Positions 17,852 through 27,188 of a DNA stretch of 64,000 nucleotides are shown here, piece by piece. The position numbers were made by a program, and so were the translations under genes. Every line of letters begins with the position of its first letter. Position 1 is the stretch's first letter. Source of the DNA: an uncultured bacterium (GTDB lineage: Bacteria; Acidobacteriota; HRBIN11; JAKEFK01). The stretch spans positions 8,502 through 72,501 of the forward strand of contig CAVYSN010000021.1 in the NCBI GenBank assembly GCA_963771165.1, read 5' to 3'. Below the pieces are notes generated by a model, which saw nothing but the letters and a program-made list of their open reading frames with translations, was not told the origin of the DNA and searched no databases.

Positions 17852-19762
17852 CTAGATCCTGAGTAGTTTTTGGATTCGGATAGCTTCACCTACAGACCAT
17901 GCCTGGAAGGGGCAGCCGCGGGGAGCGTAAGGGGGTTCGGCATCCGTAATTTCCGAAATGTGATCCAAACCTGCTTCGTTCAGATGCTGCAACAGCGGGC
18001 TTAAGAAACGCGTGCGCGCTTCGTTTTTCGCTTGCTCTGTCCCTTTGCGCACACGGAGCCAGGCTTCCACAAACGGCCCAATCAACCAGGGCCAGACCAC
18101 TCCTTGATGATAAATACTGTCCCGTTCGCGCGGACCACCCTCATACATTGGAGAATAAGCGGGTGAACCGGGCGCAAGGGAACGCAAGCCGAGTGGCGTC
18201 AGAAGGCGCGCTTCCACACCGTCCACAACAGAGCGCGCTCGTTTCCCATCCAGGATTGAGAACGGAAGCCCGCCGATTGCAAGAATCTGGTTCGGTCGAA
18301 AGAGATCATTTTTTTTGCCGGACTGATGATCCACGTCAACTACATCAAATAGGTAACCACCTTCTTTGTTCCAGAACTTTTCGGCGAAAGCTCTGGAGCC
18401 CAGTTCGTAAAGAGAATCCCTGCCGGCGATCTTCAATGCGTTGAGCCAGAGTGCTTGAATTTCAACCGGTTTTCCAATTCTTGGAGTGATCACGCAATCC
18501 CCGAATTTTGCATCCATCCAGGTAAGTTGCACTCCCGGTTCACCGGCTGCAAGCAAAGCATCATCATCCATATGAATTCGATACCGTGTTCCTTTTTCAT
18601 ACCCGGTCAAAATAGAAAGGACTGCTTCCTGCAAAAGTTTGCGATCTTTATCTGTCACATTTTGGTCGGCAATCAAATAAGCGTGAACCGCAATCACATA
18701 CCATAGCGAGGCATCCACTGAATTGTATTCCGGTTCTCCGCCTTGATCCGGGAATCGGTTCGGCAGCATTCCTTCCGAAACCGTCTGAGCCCATTCCACA
18801 AGAATATCCCGCGCGATACGGAATTTGCCGCGACTCAAACACAATCCTCTCAACGCTATGAAAGTGTCTCGTCCCCAATCCGTAAACCAGGGATAGCCAG
18901 CGACAATGGTTTTCCCTCTTTTCCGCTCTACCAGATAAGCATCAGCGGCAAAATCCAAACGATCGACAAACACACTCCTGCGTTTTCGCTCGCTCTTTTG
19001 CAGGTCCTTTGCTAAATCGGGAGCAGAGACACTGGACGGAGTAGTGCTGAGGATGCACACGGCCGATTGCGCAGACAAATTCCATCGAAAGGAACCGGGA
19101 GAAGCCAGATCCTCGGTGAAGTCCAGACCACGCTGTCGTTCTTGTTCGTATAGAAAATTCCGGTACCAGGCAGGTTCGTGATTATAGGTTCCATTTGTGC
19201 TGACATAAATTGCCGGTATTCCTTCGTATGATTTCCAGATGTGCTGACGCCCATCCATTTCAGGCTGAAATTGGAACGCACCGTTTTCGTGATGCATCGA
19301 ATGGTAATCGCGCCCGGATAGGAAAGGCTTCATTGTAAGTACGATCTGCTGAGATTCTCCAAGAACACTCCAGATAAGAGCGGTTACCGGCGCACTTTTC
19401 GCCATCAAAATTTCCTGCTGGATCCTTGTACCGTCTTCAAGCTTGAAAACCCATGTGGGCCAGGGCGCTGTTGTGAACGATTGGATTCTGCGATGTCCAT
19501 CCGGATGAATCACATCCGGAGAATAGTGTTGTGAGCTGATGGAATAAGTTCCGGTCGACGTCTCGATCCAGGCGTCAAATCCGTTTACAAGAACAAAACG
19601 CCCTGTGGGAGGAGTTGTCGCAGTCAAAAGGAGCGCATGATAGCGACGCGATCGGGTTGTATCTACACATCCGGAAGCAAACCCGCCGAGCCCATCTGTT
19701 TCAAGCCATTCGTTGTTGATCATGATTCGCGATTTATCGCGCCCGCCAGCACAAATTTCCAC
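17852..19762 (-). CDS. glycogen debranching enzyme (amylo-alpha-1,6-glucosidase family, bacterial/archaeal type)
   Basis: N-terminal EWLETDGLGGFASG..TRSRRYHALL and C-terminal (alpha/alpha)6 blocks GYPWFTDWGRDTFIAL, QLTWMDA, VVWPWLIGPF. The 19762 start is GTG. ATG at 19723 (MINNEWLETDG) is an equally good start. Confidence 0.85.
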   Translation of the reverse strand: MEICAGGRDKSRIMINNEWLETDGLGGFASGCVDTTRSRRYHALLLTATTPPTGRFVLVNGFDAWIETSTGTYSISSQHYSPDVIHPDGHRRIQSFTTAPWPTWVFKLEDGTRIQQEILMAKSAPVTALIWSVLGESQQIVLTMKPFLSGRDYHSMHHENGAFQFQPEMDGRQHIWKSYEGIPAIYVSTNGTYNHEPAWYRNFLYEQERQRGLDFTEDLASPGSFRWNLSAQSAVCILSTTPSSVSAPDLAKDLQKSERKRRSVFVDRLDFAADAYLVERKRGKTIVAGYPWFTDWGRDTFIALRGLCLSRGKFRIARDILVEWAQTVSEGMLPNRFPDQGGEPEYNSVDASLWYVIAVHAYLIADQNVTDKDRKLLQEAVLSILTGYEKGTRYRIHMDDDALLAAGEPGVQLTWMDAKFGDCVITPRIGKPVEIQALWLNALKIAGRDSLYELGSRAFAEKFWNKEGGYLFDVVDVDHQSGKKNDLFRPNQILAIGGLPFSILDGKRARSVVDGVEARLLTPLGLRSLAPGSPAYSPMYEGGPRERDSIYHQGVVWPWLIGPFVEAWLRVRKGTEQAKNEARTRFLSPLLQHLNEAGLDHISEITDAEPPYAPRGCPFQAWSVGEAIRIQKLLRI

Positions 19763-19787
19763 GCGAGCGCGATGAATCGCGTCCCTA

Positions 19788-21254
19788 CTAGAAACCGGCT
19801 CCTTCCATTATACTCACGATCGAATTGAATCCGCCGTATTGATCAGGTTCTTTGACTCCATTGCTTGGATCATCGATCCATTGATTTCCATTTACGAGGA
19901 ATTTGTAGGAATAACGTCCCGGTTTGGGCAAATGAATTTCTGCTCGCCAGATTCCGTGGAAGTCTTTTTCGAAGCGTTTGAAAGAGTTCCAGTTCGTAAA
20001 TTCACCGGCGAGTTCTACTCTTTCTGCAAAATCATTGTGGTAGAAGAATATCAATTTTTGCGATTCAATGCGCGGCGGCAGGAAATGATCCCTTTGGAAC
20101 GAATGATTTTCACGCTTCGCCTGTTCAACAGCTGCCCGCGTGTTGAGCATGCCGTAACCTTGTCGGATGATTGGTGCGTTGCGTATTCGTTTGGCTGTCG
20201 AAATAAGAATGCTTTTAACCGCGCCGGGCGTTAATGCCGGGTTCTCTTGTAACATCAACGCCACAACAGAAGCAACAACCGGCGCGGCAAAAGACGTCCC
20301 ATCCACATGCTGGTAGTGCGAAGAGATGATCTTGTTCTCACGCAGTAAGAACTCAACTTCCGCCCGAATCGATTGCGTATCACTCATTAGAACACTTTCA
20401 GGCAGGCCCGCATCTTGATGCAGCCTGCGCGCTAGAAATGGCAGTTCATAATCGGGCGCTTCAGCAAGCTCTGTCAAGCACTGCGCCTTCTCATAACTTC
20501 TCGTAGATGGCAGGATCGGCGCGGCTATCCACATCGCAGGGGCGATGATTTCTGGCTTTATGATTCCATCAGCAGTGACTCCGAAACTGGAACAATATAA
20601 ATGAGGATTTCCATTCTCTAACTGATTGTCATCGTTGTAACCGCCCACAGTGATGACTCCCGGTGAATTCGCAGGTGGAAGCGTGTGATGCGAGTCCATG
20701 CACCCCGAGTTTCCTGCGGCAACAACCAGAACAAGTCCCTTTTCAATCGCTTGCTCTGCCAGTTGATCCACATAATTTTCCCGGTAGGAAACATCTTCGT
20801 CTCCACCAAGCGAGATGCTCACGATCTTTATATCGTAGAGATCTTTATTTCGAATGACCCACTCCAGGCCGCGAGCGATGTTATCTTCGGAAATTTTACC
20901 CTGATCACTCACCTTAACCAGCGCGACATTCGACTCTGAAGCCAGGCCGCGGTACACGCCATCGCACAAGTATCCGTTTCCGGCGGCGGCAACCGATGTC
21001 ATGGTGCCATGCCAATCAAAACTCGCCGGCTTACGATGCGCATCGAGTGTCGCATCCGGTCGTGTTACATCGTGGTACGCGACAATTCGGTTTGCCGGCT
21101 TCGTCAGGTCGGGATGAGGATAAAAACCGGAATCCAGAAAGGCGATTGTGACTCCGCGACCATCCAAATCGAATTCGGCATTCAAGCGCACGGGAGTTGG
21201 AATAACAGAATAGCGATTCCGAACATGAGAATGTGTGTGTTCCGCGTCCTCCAT
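19788..21254 (-). CDS. S8 subtilisin-family serine peptidase with C-terminal CBM48/AMPK-beta-like glycogen-binding domain, no signal peptide
   Basis: Catalytic triad contexts AFLDSGF (Asp), DWHGTMTS (His) and DGTSFAAPVVA (Ser). The C-terminal ~85 aa FFYHNDFAERVELAGEFTNWNS..WRAEIHLPKPGRYSYKFLVNGNQWIDDP matches the CBM48/E-set pattern. The N-terminus MEDAEHTHSH is hydrophilic. The gene lies 25 nt upstream of the debranching enzyme on the same strand. Confidence 0.8.
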   Translation of the reverse strand: MEDAEHTHSHVRNRYSVIPTPVRLNAEFDLDGRGVTIAFLDSGFYPHPDLTKPANRIVAYHDVTRPDATLDAHRKPASFDWHGTMTSVAAAGNGYLCDGVYRGLASESNVALVKVSDQGKISEDNIARGLEWVIRNKDLYDIKIVSISLGGDEDVSYRENYVDQLAEQAIEKGLVLVVAAGNSGCMDSHHTLPPANSPGVITVGGYNDDNQLENGNPHLYCSSFGVTADGIIKPEIIAPAMWIAAPILPSTRSYEKAQCLTELAEAPDYELPFLARRLHQDAGLPESVLMSDTQSIRAEVEFLLRENKIISSHYQHVDGTSFAAPVVASVVALMLQENPALTPGAVKSILISTAKRIRNAPIIRQGYGMLNTRAAVEQAKRENHSFQRDHFLPPRIESQKLIFFYHNDFAERVELAGEFTNWNSFKRFEKDFHGIWRAEIHLPKPGRYSYKFLVNGNQWIDDPSNGVKEPDQYGGFNSIVSIMEGAGF

Positions 21255-21383
21255 GACATTTCAGTCGGATCGGAGGGGCGAAAACTTACAGAATCTATTG
21301 ACAGAGCTAAAGAAAAGAGGATGTAATATTGGAGAGTAAAAGGCACAAGTTCTAATTCCCATTGCCCGGAAATAGGTCTTACT

Positions 21384-22961
21384 TTGGACGAAAAAAGGCA
21401 CGCCGTTAAGGTAGCATCACCCCATCATGAAGACAGCGCGGATATTTACTCTCTGAACCTGGAACTCAGCGCCGTACTCGACATGAACCGCGCGATTGGA
21501 AGCCATTTGGACCGGGACGAGTTGTTTGGCGCTCTCGCAGCATCTCTGAAAACCCTGATACCGACCGAACGTTTCGGCATTGAGTTGCCGATCGAAGGGG
21601 ACAAACTCCAGGGACACATTCTCAGCCCCCGCCCAGCGGTCTTGGAGTCCACGCAACCGACGGTGTTGCCGGCTCAGGGAACCGTATGCAACTGGGTCAT
21701 AAAGAACCGAACGCTGTTCGTCACTGGATCGTTAGACGACTTGAGAGAGCGCTTCCCAATCACTTTTGATGTTATGTCGTCCGAAGGAATGCAGTCTCTG
21801 TGTGCGATGCCGCTGGTAAGCGGTGAGCATTGCCGCGGCGCGTTGTTCTTCATGTCGTCTGCCAAGGGCGCGTATAACCGAACCCGTCTTGGATTTCTTG
21901 AGCAAGTGGCCAGTACAGTGTCCGTGGCTTTGGACAATTCTCTGGCGCACGAAGAAGTGCGACAGTTGCGCGATCGATTGCAGGCGGAGAACATGTATCT
22001 TACCGGAGAAATAAAAGCAGAGTATGGCTTTGAAGAGATCATCGGACACAGTCAATCTTTGCGAAAAGTACTGCGCCAGGTGGAACAGGTTGCTCCGACA
22101 GAATCGACGGTGTTGATCACGGGTGAAACAGGTACGGGAAAAGAATTGGTCGCCCGGGCCATTCACAATTTAAGTCGTCGTAAGGAACGCGCTCTGATCA
22201 AAGTCAATTGTGCCGCATTGTCCCCAGGCCTGATTGAGAGCGAGCTTTTCGGCCATGAGAAAGGAGCTTTCACCGGTGCAACAAGTACGAGAAAGGGAAG
22301 GTTTGAACTCGCCGACGGTGGGGCACTTTTTTTGGATGAAGTGGGAGATCTTCACATTGAAAACCAGGTGAGGCTCCTGCGTGTTCTGCAGGAACAAGAA
22401 TTTGAACGGGTGGGAGGAACGCAAACACTGAAGGTAAACGTTCGCGTGATGGCTGCCACCAATCGCAACCTGGAAGAACTCGTGAGGCTAGGCGCATTTC
22501 GCAACGATCTTTACTACCGTTTGAGCATTTTTCCGATTCATATTCCTCCTTTACGCGAACGTCTTGAGGACGTTCCCCTCCTAATCGACTACTTTGTACA
22601 AAAATTTTCACGTCGGATGGGGAAAAAGATTCGTGAAGTATCTCCCGCAGCGGTGAATTCGCTGGTCAATTATTCATGGCCTGGAAATGCGCGAGAATTG
22701 GCAAATGTTTTGGAAAGAGCAGTCATTTTATGTGATAGCGCAATTCTGCAACGCGAGCACATCGCCATTCCGGAATCGAAGATTGTCTCTGAGATCCCTT
22801 TCATAACACTACAAGACTCTCAACACAGTCAGATTCTGAAAGCGTTGGAGAAAACCAGATGGATCCTTGGGGGCCCGAATGGAGCAGCAAAATTGCTCGG
22901 ATTAAACAGAACGACCCTCATTGCGCGCATGAAGAAATTGGGAATTACACGACCAAATTGA
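21384..22961 (+). CDS. sigma54-dependent transcriptional activator (GAF sensor - AAA+ - Fis-type HTH)
   Basis: GETGTGKE Walker A, GAFTGA sigma54-contact loop, ~190-aa GAF-like N-terminus, and C-terminal AAKLLGLNRTTLIARMKKLGI. The track start is TTG, so the true start is uncertain. Confidence 0.9.
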   Translation: MDEKRHAVKVASPHHEDSADIYSLNLELSAVLDMNRAIGSHLDRDELFGALAASLKTLIPTERFGIELPIEGDKLQGHILSPRPAVLESTQPTVLPAQGTVCNWVIKNRTLFVTGSLDDLRERFPITFDVMSSEGMQSLCAMPLVSGEHCRGALFFMSSAKGAYNRTRLGFLEQVASTVSVALDNSLAHEEVRQLRDRLQAENMYLTGEIKAEYGFEEIIGHSQSLRKVLRQVEQVAPTESTVLITGETGTGKELVARAIHNLSRRKERALIKVNCAALSPGLIESELFGHEKGAFTGATSTRKGRFELADGGALFLDEVGDLHIENQVRLLRVLQEQEFERVGGTQTLKVNVRVMAATNRNLEELVRLGAFRNDLYYRLSIFPIHIPPLRERLEDVPLLIDYFVQKFSRRMGKKIREVSPAAVNSLVNYSWPGNARELANVLERAVILCDSAILQREHIAIPESKIVSEIPFITLQDSQHSQILKALEKTRWILGGPNGAAKLLGLNRTTLIARMKKLGITRPN

Positions 22962-22980
22962 GCTCACCACTGGGAGTCAG

Positions 22981-23008
22981 TATTTTGACCTCGCGTCAAT
23001 ATTTTGAC
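22981..23008 (+). promoter_or_regulatory. candidate enhancer (UAS): TATTTTGAC direct repeat spaced 19 bp, enclosing inverted repeat TTGAC-N5-GTCAA
   Basis: The sequence is TATTTTGACctcgcGTCAATATTTTGAC. Its centre lies ~117 bp upstream of the sigma54 -24 element at 23108, and it starts 20 nt after the activator stop. Confidence 0.4.
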
Positions 23009-23107
23009 ATCCCATAAATAGAAACAAAAGTCCGCCGATTCGCATCTAAATCTCCAAACCATTTGATTTGTGACACTTATGTGGATTGGCATACACGAGC
23101 TCTCTGT

Positions 23108-23123
23108 TGGCATCGATCTGGCA
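23108..23123 (+). promoter_or_regulatory. sigma54 (-24/-12) promoter TGGCAT-N5-TGGCA
   Basis: GG-N10-GC spacing is exact, with one mismatch to TTGCW in the -12 box. It lies 28 nt upstream of ATG 23151 and directly downstream of a sigma54 activator gene. Confidence 0.55.
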
Positions 23124-23150
23124 ATAGAGCCAGGTAAAGGCAGAGGGAAG

Positions 23151-23438
23151 ATGTTTAGAATTACCAAAACATTTGAAAACGAAGCAACGGTAATCTTTCG
23201 GATCGAAGGGAAAATAACAGATGAGAATCTGTCCGAATGGGATCAGGAGATTAAATCCATTCGATTCCTGAATGGACATCACGTGATCTTAGATTTTGCG
23301 CAGGTGTGGCATATCAGTTCGAAGGCAGTAGACGTTCTTATGAAGCTCCTAACGGATCGAGTCTACATATTGAATTGCGGCATGGAGGTGCGAAACGTCC
23401 TCCATGCCTCAGGTTTATCAGCAAGGATGTTGGAATAA
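23151..23438 (+). CDS. STAS-domain protein (anti-sigma-factor-antagonist-like)
   Basis: 95 aa. VIFRIEGKITDENL..VILDFAQVWHISSKAVDVLMKLL..ILNCGMEVRNVLHASGL follows the SpoIIAA/RsbV STAS pattern, including Ser at the phospho-site position. RBS GAGGGAAG precedes ATG 23151. The track ORF start at 23070 is probably too far upstream. Confidence 0.7.
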   Translation: MFRITKTFENEATVIFRIEGKITDENLSEWDQEIKSIRFLNGHHVILDFAQVWHISSKAVDVLMKLLTDRVYILNCGMEVRNVLHASGLSARMLE

Positions 23439-24043
23439 TGCCGGAACAGTTCGTGCTTTTATCTGATCCATCCACCTGGGTCGATCAGTATGGAAACTAT
23501 CTATTCGGTTATGCTTTGATGCGATTGCGTGACCGCGCTCTGGCAGAAGAAGCGGTACAAGAAACGTTTCTTGCTGCCCTGCAGGCAAAAAATAAATTCG
23601 GGGGACAATCTTCGGAGAAGACATGGTTTGTCGGGATTTTGAAACACAAAATCATCGATCACTTTCGCAAACAACGCCGAGAAGTCCCGTTGGAAGATTC
23701 CGAATTGTTGCCAACCGAGCGCGAAGAAACTTTTCGAACAACCGGTGAATGGGTTGGACACTGGACTGAAGAGGCAGCACCAACGGAATGGGGCGCGGAT
23801 CCCATTAAAACGCTTGAAAAAAGGGAATTCTGGCAGGCTCTTGAGCAGGCCCTTGCGACACTGCCGCCAAGATTAGCGCAGGTGTTTATTTTACGTGAGA
23901 TGGATGAAATGAGCAGCCAGGAAATCTGTCGAATTCTGGGAATCACGGAATCGAATCTCTGGGTCATGTTGCACCGCTCCCGAATGCAACTGCGCCGGGC
24001 TTTGGAACTGACTTACTTCAATCCAACACCCCTCACCACTTAG
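23438..24043 (+). CDS. ECF (group 4) sigma-70 family sigma factor
   Basis: Region 2 is LFGYALMRLRDRALAEEAVQETFLAAL..WFVGILKHKIIDHFRK. Region 4 is LPPRLAQVFILREMDEMSSQEICRILGITESNLWVMLHRSRMQLR. ATG 23438 overlaps the STAS stop (TAATG). Confidence 0.9.
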   Translation: MPEQFVLLSDPSTWVDQYGNYLFGYALMRLRDRALAEEAVQETFLAALQAKNKFGGQSSEKTWFVGILKHKIIDHFRKQRREVPLEDSELLPTEREETFRTTGEWVGHWTEEAAPTEWGADPIKTLEKREFWQALEQALATLPPRLAQVFILREMDEMSSQEICRILGITESNLWVMLHRSRMQLRRALELTYFNPTPLTT

Positions 24044-24046
24044 GAC

Positions 24047-24117
24047 TTCACACAGAGACACAAAGCCACAAAGAAAAAAATTTGAATTTCTCTGTGTCCC
24101 TGTGCCTCTGTGTTGAA
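24047..24117. repeat. imperfect long inverted repeat (CACAGAGACACAAAGCCACAAAG / CTCTGTGTCCCTGTGCCTCTGTG), bidirectional terminator candidate
   Basis: It fills the 77-nt gap between the convergent ECF sigma gene (stop 24043) and the lactonase gene (stop 24121). The arms pair imperfectly around an A/T-rich loop. Confidence 0.5.
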
Positions 24118-24120
24118 GAA

Positions 24121-25752
24121 TTAAGGCCGCACACCAGGGATGTTCAACTTGATGCGGTAAAGCGCAGTGCGCGCGCAAAGATACAGAGTTTTGCCATCTT
24201 CATCGCCCCACGCAAAGTTGTGCGGATGCATCGAGGTTCTGATGGTACCCAGATGTTTACCTTCAGCGGAGAAAATCCACAATCCGCCTGGCCCTGAAAC
24301 ATATACATTTCCGATCCGGTCCACCTTTACTCCATCGATTGCATCTTCGCCGGGAGCGTTGGTGAGGTCGTAAAACACACTGGCATTCTTCAACGTACCG
24401 TCCGCAGCAACGTCATACCTCATAACAATCTTTCTCTTTGGGTCCCAGTTGCCCACGTATAGCACTTTTTCGTCCGGCGAAAATGCAATGCCGTTCGGTC
24501 CCAACAGTTCCTTGCTCAGCAGCTGCAGGTTTTTATCTTTCACCCGGAATACTCCGCTAAAATCCAGCTCCTTACGCGGATCTTCGTAAAACTTTGGCAG
24601 ACCGAAAGGAGGATCCGTGAAATACAGAGATCCATCCGATTTGTACACCAGATCGTTAGGACTATTCAGGCGTTTTCCCTGATAGCGATCGGCAATTACC
24701 GACATAGACCCGTTCTTTTCAACACGAATGATCCGACGATTACCGTGTTGATCGATCGCAAGGTTTCCGTCACGATCGATTGTCAAACCATTCGAACCGG
24801 GCTGACCATATTCCGCGATATCTGATCCTTCGTATCCGCTTTTGTTATTAAAAACGCTCAGCTGGCCATGATTTCCGTTTTCTGCGGGGACATATTTGTA
24901 GATGGTGTTGCTGTTCGGATCGCTGAACAAAAGATAACCTTCGTGGATCCAGATTGGTCCTTCCGTAAATTGGAACCCTTCTGCAAGTTTGTAAACCTTT
25001 GGATTCGGTGGAACGATAGCATCGATCGCAGGATCGAGCCTTTCCACTTCCAGATTGACTTCGTGTGGCGTAAGCAGAATCGGTAACTGACCACCCGGAT
25101 AAAATTGAAGTTTTGCAAAGCGCATCCAAATATAATTGGTAGGCGGATTCGAAATAGGACCGTTGATGCCAAAGATCGCCAGTTGAATTTTTTGTCCCGC
25201 TTTTACACTCCTTCCAATCACAAGTCGATTCGTTGCATTCCATCCGCCAACAACGGATCCGCCCGTTTGACCTACGACACGGGGCAATTCTCCGTCAACC
25301 CAGATTTCAGCGTAGTCATCCAGGGATGTTTCAAAAACAACGGTTGATCCTGCAGGAGCGAAATTTCCGATCTTTCCCGGAATTGTTACGTTGATTCGAT
25401 ACCAGTTGAATGAAATACGACCGTTACCACGCCTTTGGTTTAGAGTTGTCGGATCCAATCGTTCCCATTCGCTGTCATCAAACTCCGCGCCGCCCGCATG
25501 CGGTTCATAGTCATATGTTTTTACAGGCGCTCCAGTAGGCTGACCTTCCGGCCCAGCCGCTTTGAATGCGACTTCGACGATCCTGGTATCGCTGTATCTC
25601 CACTGTCCATGAACAATACCGGCCCCTTCTGCAGTCATTAGATCAACCGTGGTCAAAGAATTGCCTTCAGGCAACTCGGCAAACGCTACAACCGCCATCA
25701 ACGCTATGGTTAAAATTGCCGCTATCGAAAGGAATGTTAACTGGCTTTTCAT
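24121..25752 (-). CDS. secreted two-domain protein: galactose-binding-like (GH2_N-type) domain + SMP-30/gluconolactonase/LRE six-bladed propeller
   Basis: Signal peptide MKSQLTFLSIAAILTIALMAVVAFA behind AGGAGAG. The N-domain carries WYRINVTIPGK..VVFETSLDDYAEIWVDGEL. The C-domain carries EGPIWIHEGYLLFSD, PGSNGLTIDRDGNL, NSPNDLVYKSDGSLYFTDP and PNGIAFSPDE. Confidence 0.8.
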   Translation of the reverse strand: MKSQLTFLSIAAILTIALMAVVAFAELPEGNSLTTVDLMTAEGAGIVHGQWRYSDTRIVEVAFKAAGPEGQPTGAPVKTYDYEPHAGGAEFDDSEWERLDPTTLNQRRGNGRISFNWYRINVTIPGKIGNFAPAGSTVVFETSLDDYAEIWVDGELPRVVGQTGGSVVGGWNATNRLVIGRSVKAGQKIQLAIFGINGPISNPPTNYIWMRFAKLQFYPGGQLPILLTPHEVNLEVERLDPAIDAIVPPNPKVYKLAEGFQFTEGPIWIHEGYLLFSDPNSNTIYKYVPAENGNHGQLSVFNNKSGYEGSDIAEYGQPGSNGLTIDRDGNLAIDQHGNRRIIRVEKNGSMSVIADRYQGKRLNSPNDLVYKSDGSLYFTDPPFGLPKFYEDPRKELDFSGVFRVKDKNLQLLSKELLGPNGIAFSPDEKVLYVGNWDPKRKIVMRYDVAADGTLKNASVFYDLTNAPGEDAIDGVKVDRIGNVYVSGPGGLWIFSAEGKHLGTIRTSMHPHNFAWGDEDGKTLYLCARTALYRIKLNIPGVRP

Positions 25753-25767
25753 CTTCACTCTCCTATC

Positions 25768-25814
25768 AGCAATGAGCATTATTCCGGCCGCCTCATGACT
25801 CATTGCTCATTGCT
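25768..25814 (-). promoter_or_regulatory. intercistronic hairpin (AGCAATGAGCA / TGCTCATTGCT, 25-nt loop)
   Basis: An exact 11-bp inverted repeat between the GlcG-cupin stop (25825) and the lactonase start (25752). It could be an RNA processing or attenuation element. Confidence 0.3.
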
Positions 25815-25824
25815 TTGGCACTTC

Positions 25825-26673
25825 TTAATGAGTCACCTTCACAACGTAATAGTTGAAAGGGTTCGTGACTTCTTTGAACCAGTGTGGTGTTCCATTCGGA
25901 ACTATGATCACATCCCCTTTGGCAAGTTTGCGGGTATCGCCGCCTTCAATCGATGCGCCGCGAACTTCGTCCTGTGCTGTTGCCTTTCCATCTACAACCG
26001 CGCCGCCCGTTATAAAGGTTGCTGTACCTTCCAGAACGTAGATGATGTCGGTATCCTTATCGTGTACTTCAGCCAAGCCGGCGGAATCCCGATGGCTTGC
26101 GTGCACTTTGTAATTCTCAACCTCAACCAGCGGCATTCCTTTTACAAAGGCGTTGGCCACCTTATCGTTTCCGAGGTAAGTAACAGCAGACGAGACTCCC
26201 TTGTTGTAATTCATCAAAGCGTTGGCTCCGGCAATCGCCAGCTGTTCGTCCTGTTCAGCGCTCGCGGCTCCGCTCACGCCGACTGCCCCGATCAACTGAC
26301 CGTCGATCAGGATCGGCACGCCCCCTTGAAGCGGTGTGAAATCGGCGAGTGCCACCATTGATGTGCGGCCATTCTTAATCACGTCTTCGAATACTTTCGT
26401 AGGACGTTTAAAAATAGCAGCGGTCCGGGCTTTGCCGATCGATATATTCGCGCCTGCTGCAAAGGTGCCATCCAGACGCTCCACTGCGACCAGATTGCCC
26501 CCTTCATCGACAACCGCAATCACACCTCCGGGGGCGTTCAACTTCTTTGCTTCCGCTGTTGCGCCTGAGATCACCAGTTTTGCGCCATCCAGAGACAGTC
26601 CTTTTTTATCAACGACTTGCGCCTGTATTGTCAACGAAGTCAAGAGAAACAGAATCAACAAACCGTATTTCAT
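25825..26673 (-). CDS. secreted GlcG/HbpS-like (DUF336) heme-binding domain fused to a cupin domain
   Basis: Signal MKYGLLILFLLTSLTIQA. DUF336 block GGVIAVVDEGGNLVAVERLDGTFAAGANISIGKARTAAIF..GGVPI. C-terminal cupin beta-barrel motif GDVIIVPNGTPHWF. RBS GGAGG. Confidence 0.75.
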   Translation of the reverse strand: MKYGLLILFLLTSLTIQAQVVDKKGLSLDGAKLVISGATAEAKKLNAPGGVIAVVDEGGNLVAVERLDGTFAAGANISIGKARTAAIFKRPTKVFEDVIKNGRTSMVALADFTPLQGGVPILIDGQLIGAVGVSGAASAEQDEQLAIAGANALMNYNKGVSSAVTYLGNDKVANAFVKGMPLVEVENYKVHASHRDSAGLAEVHDKDTDIIYVLEGTATFITGGAVVDGKATAQDEVRGASIEGGDTRKLAKGDVIIVPNGTPHWFKEVTNPFNYYVVKVTH

Positions 26674-26712
26674 AAATCCTCCTGCAGGGGGGCAATCAAG
26701 CCCCGACCCTTG

Positions 26713-27105
26713 TTATTTCAGCATTACAGTATTTGGAAAAGAGGCTTCGCCAAGTAACGTTTCGGCAAAAGCACACCAGATTTGAACCTTTGCTATATCC
26801 GGGACGTATAGTGGAACCACGATCGACATGTTGTACTTCTCTCCTTTGATCGTCAGCTTCTGGAGCTGATAAACGTTTCCTTTGGTATCCACGACTTGCC
26901 AGTGCGGATCCGGAGTTTGCGGTGGGACAAAATCCTGTGACAGACTCAAGACATGCTGTCCGCCTCTCATGGAATGCGTGGCTGTTCCACCGTTGACTTT
27001 CACCCCCGAAAACAGACCGGTTGTGTGCTCCATATTGTCTTCTGCAACCGCAAAAGATCCTGAAAAAAGTAGCGCTGTTGCAATCAACCCATACAGTAAT
27101 TTCAT
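26713..27105 (-). CDS. secreted DM13-domain protein
   Basis: Signal MKLLYGLIATALLFSGSFAVA behind AGGAGGG. The body FSGVKVNGGTATH..LSLSQDFVPPQTPDPHWQVV..VQIWCAFAETLLGEASF follows the DM13 pattern (F..H.a.G...dF.t..GPdl.v......IWC..f...fg.A). Confidence 0.6.
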   Translation of the reverse strand: MKLLYGLIATALLFSGSFAVAEDNMEHTTGLFSGVKVNGGTATHSMRGGQHVLSLSQDFVPPQTPDPHWQVVDTKGNVYQLQKLTIKGEKYNMSIVVPLYVPDIAKVQIWCAFAETLLGEASFPNTVMLK

Positions 27106-27188
27106 TTTTCGAACCCTCCTATTTGTTTCTTCACTTTGGCTGCGCAATGAATTGCGCTCCTACATTAGTAAGAAACCCGGACCGTTCC

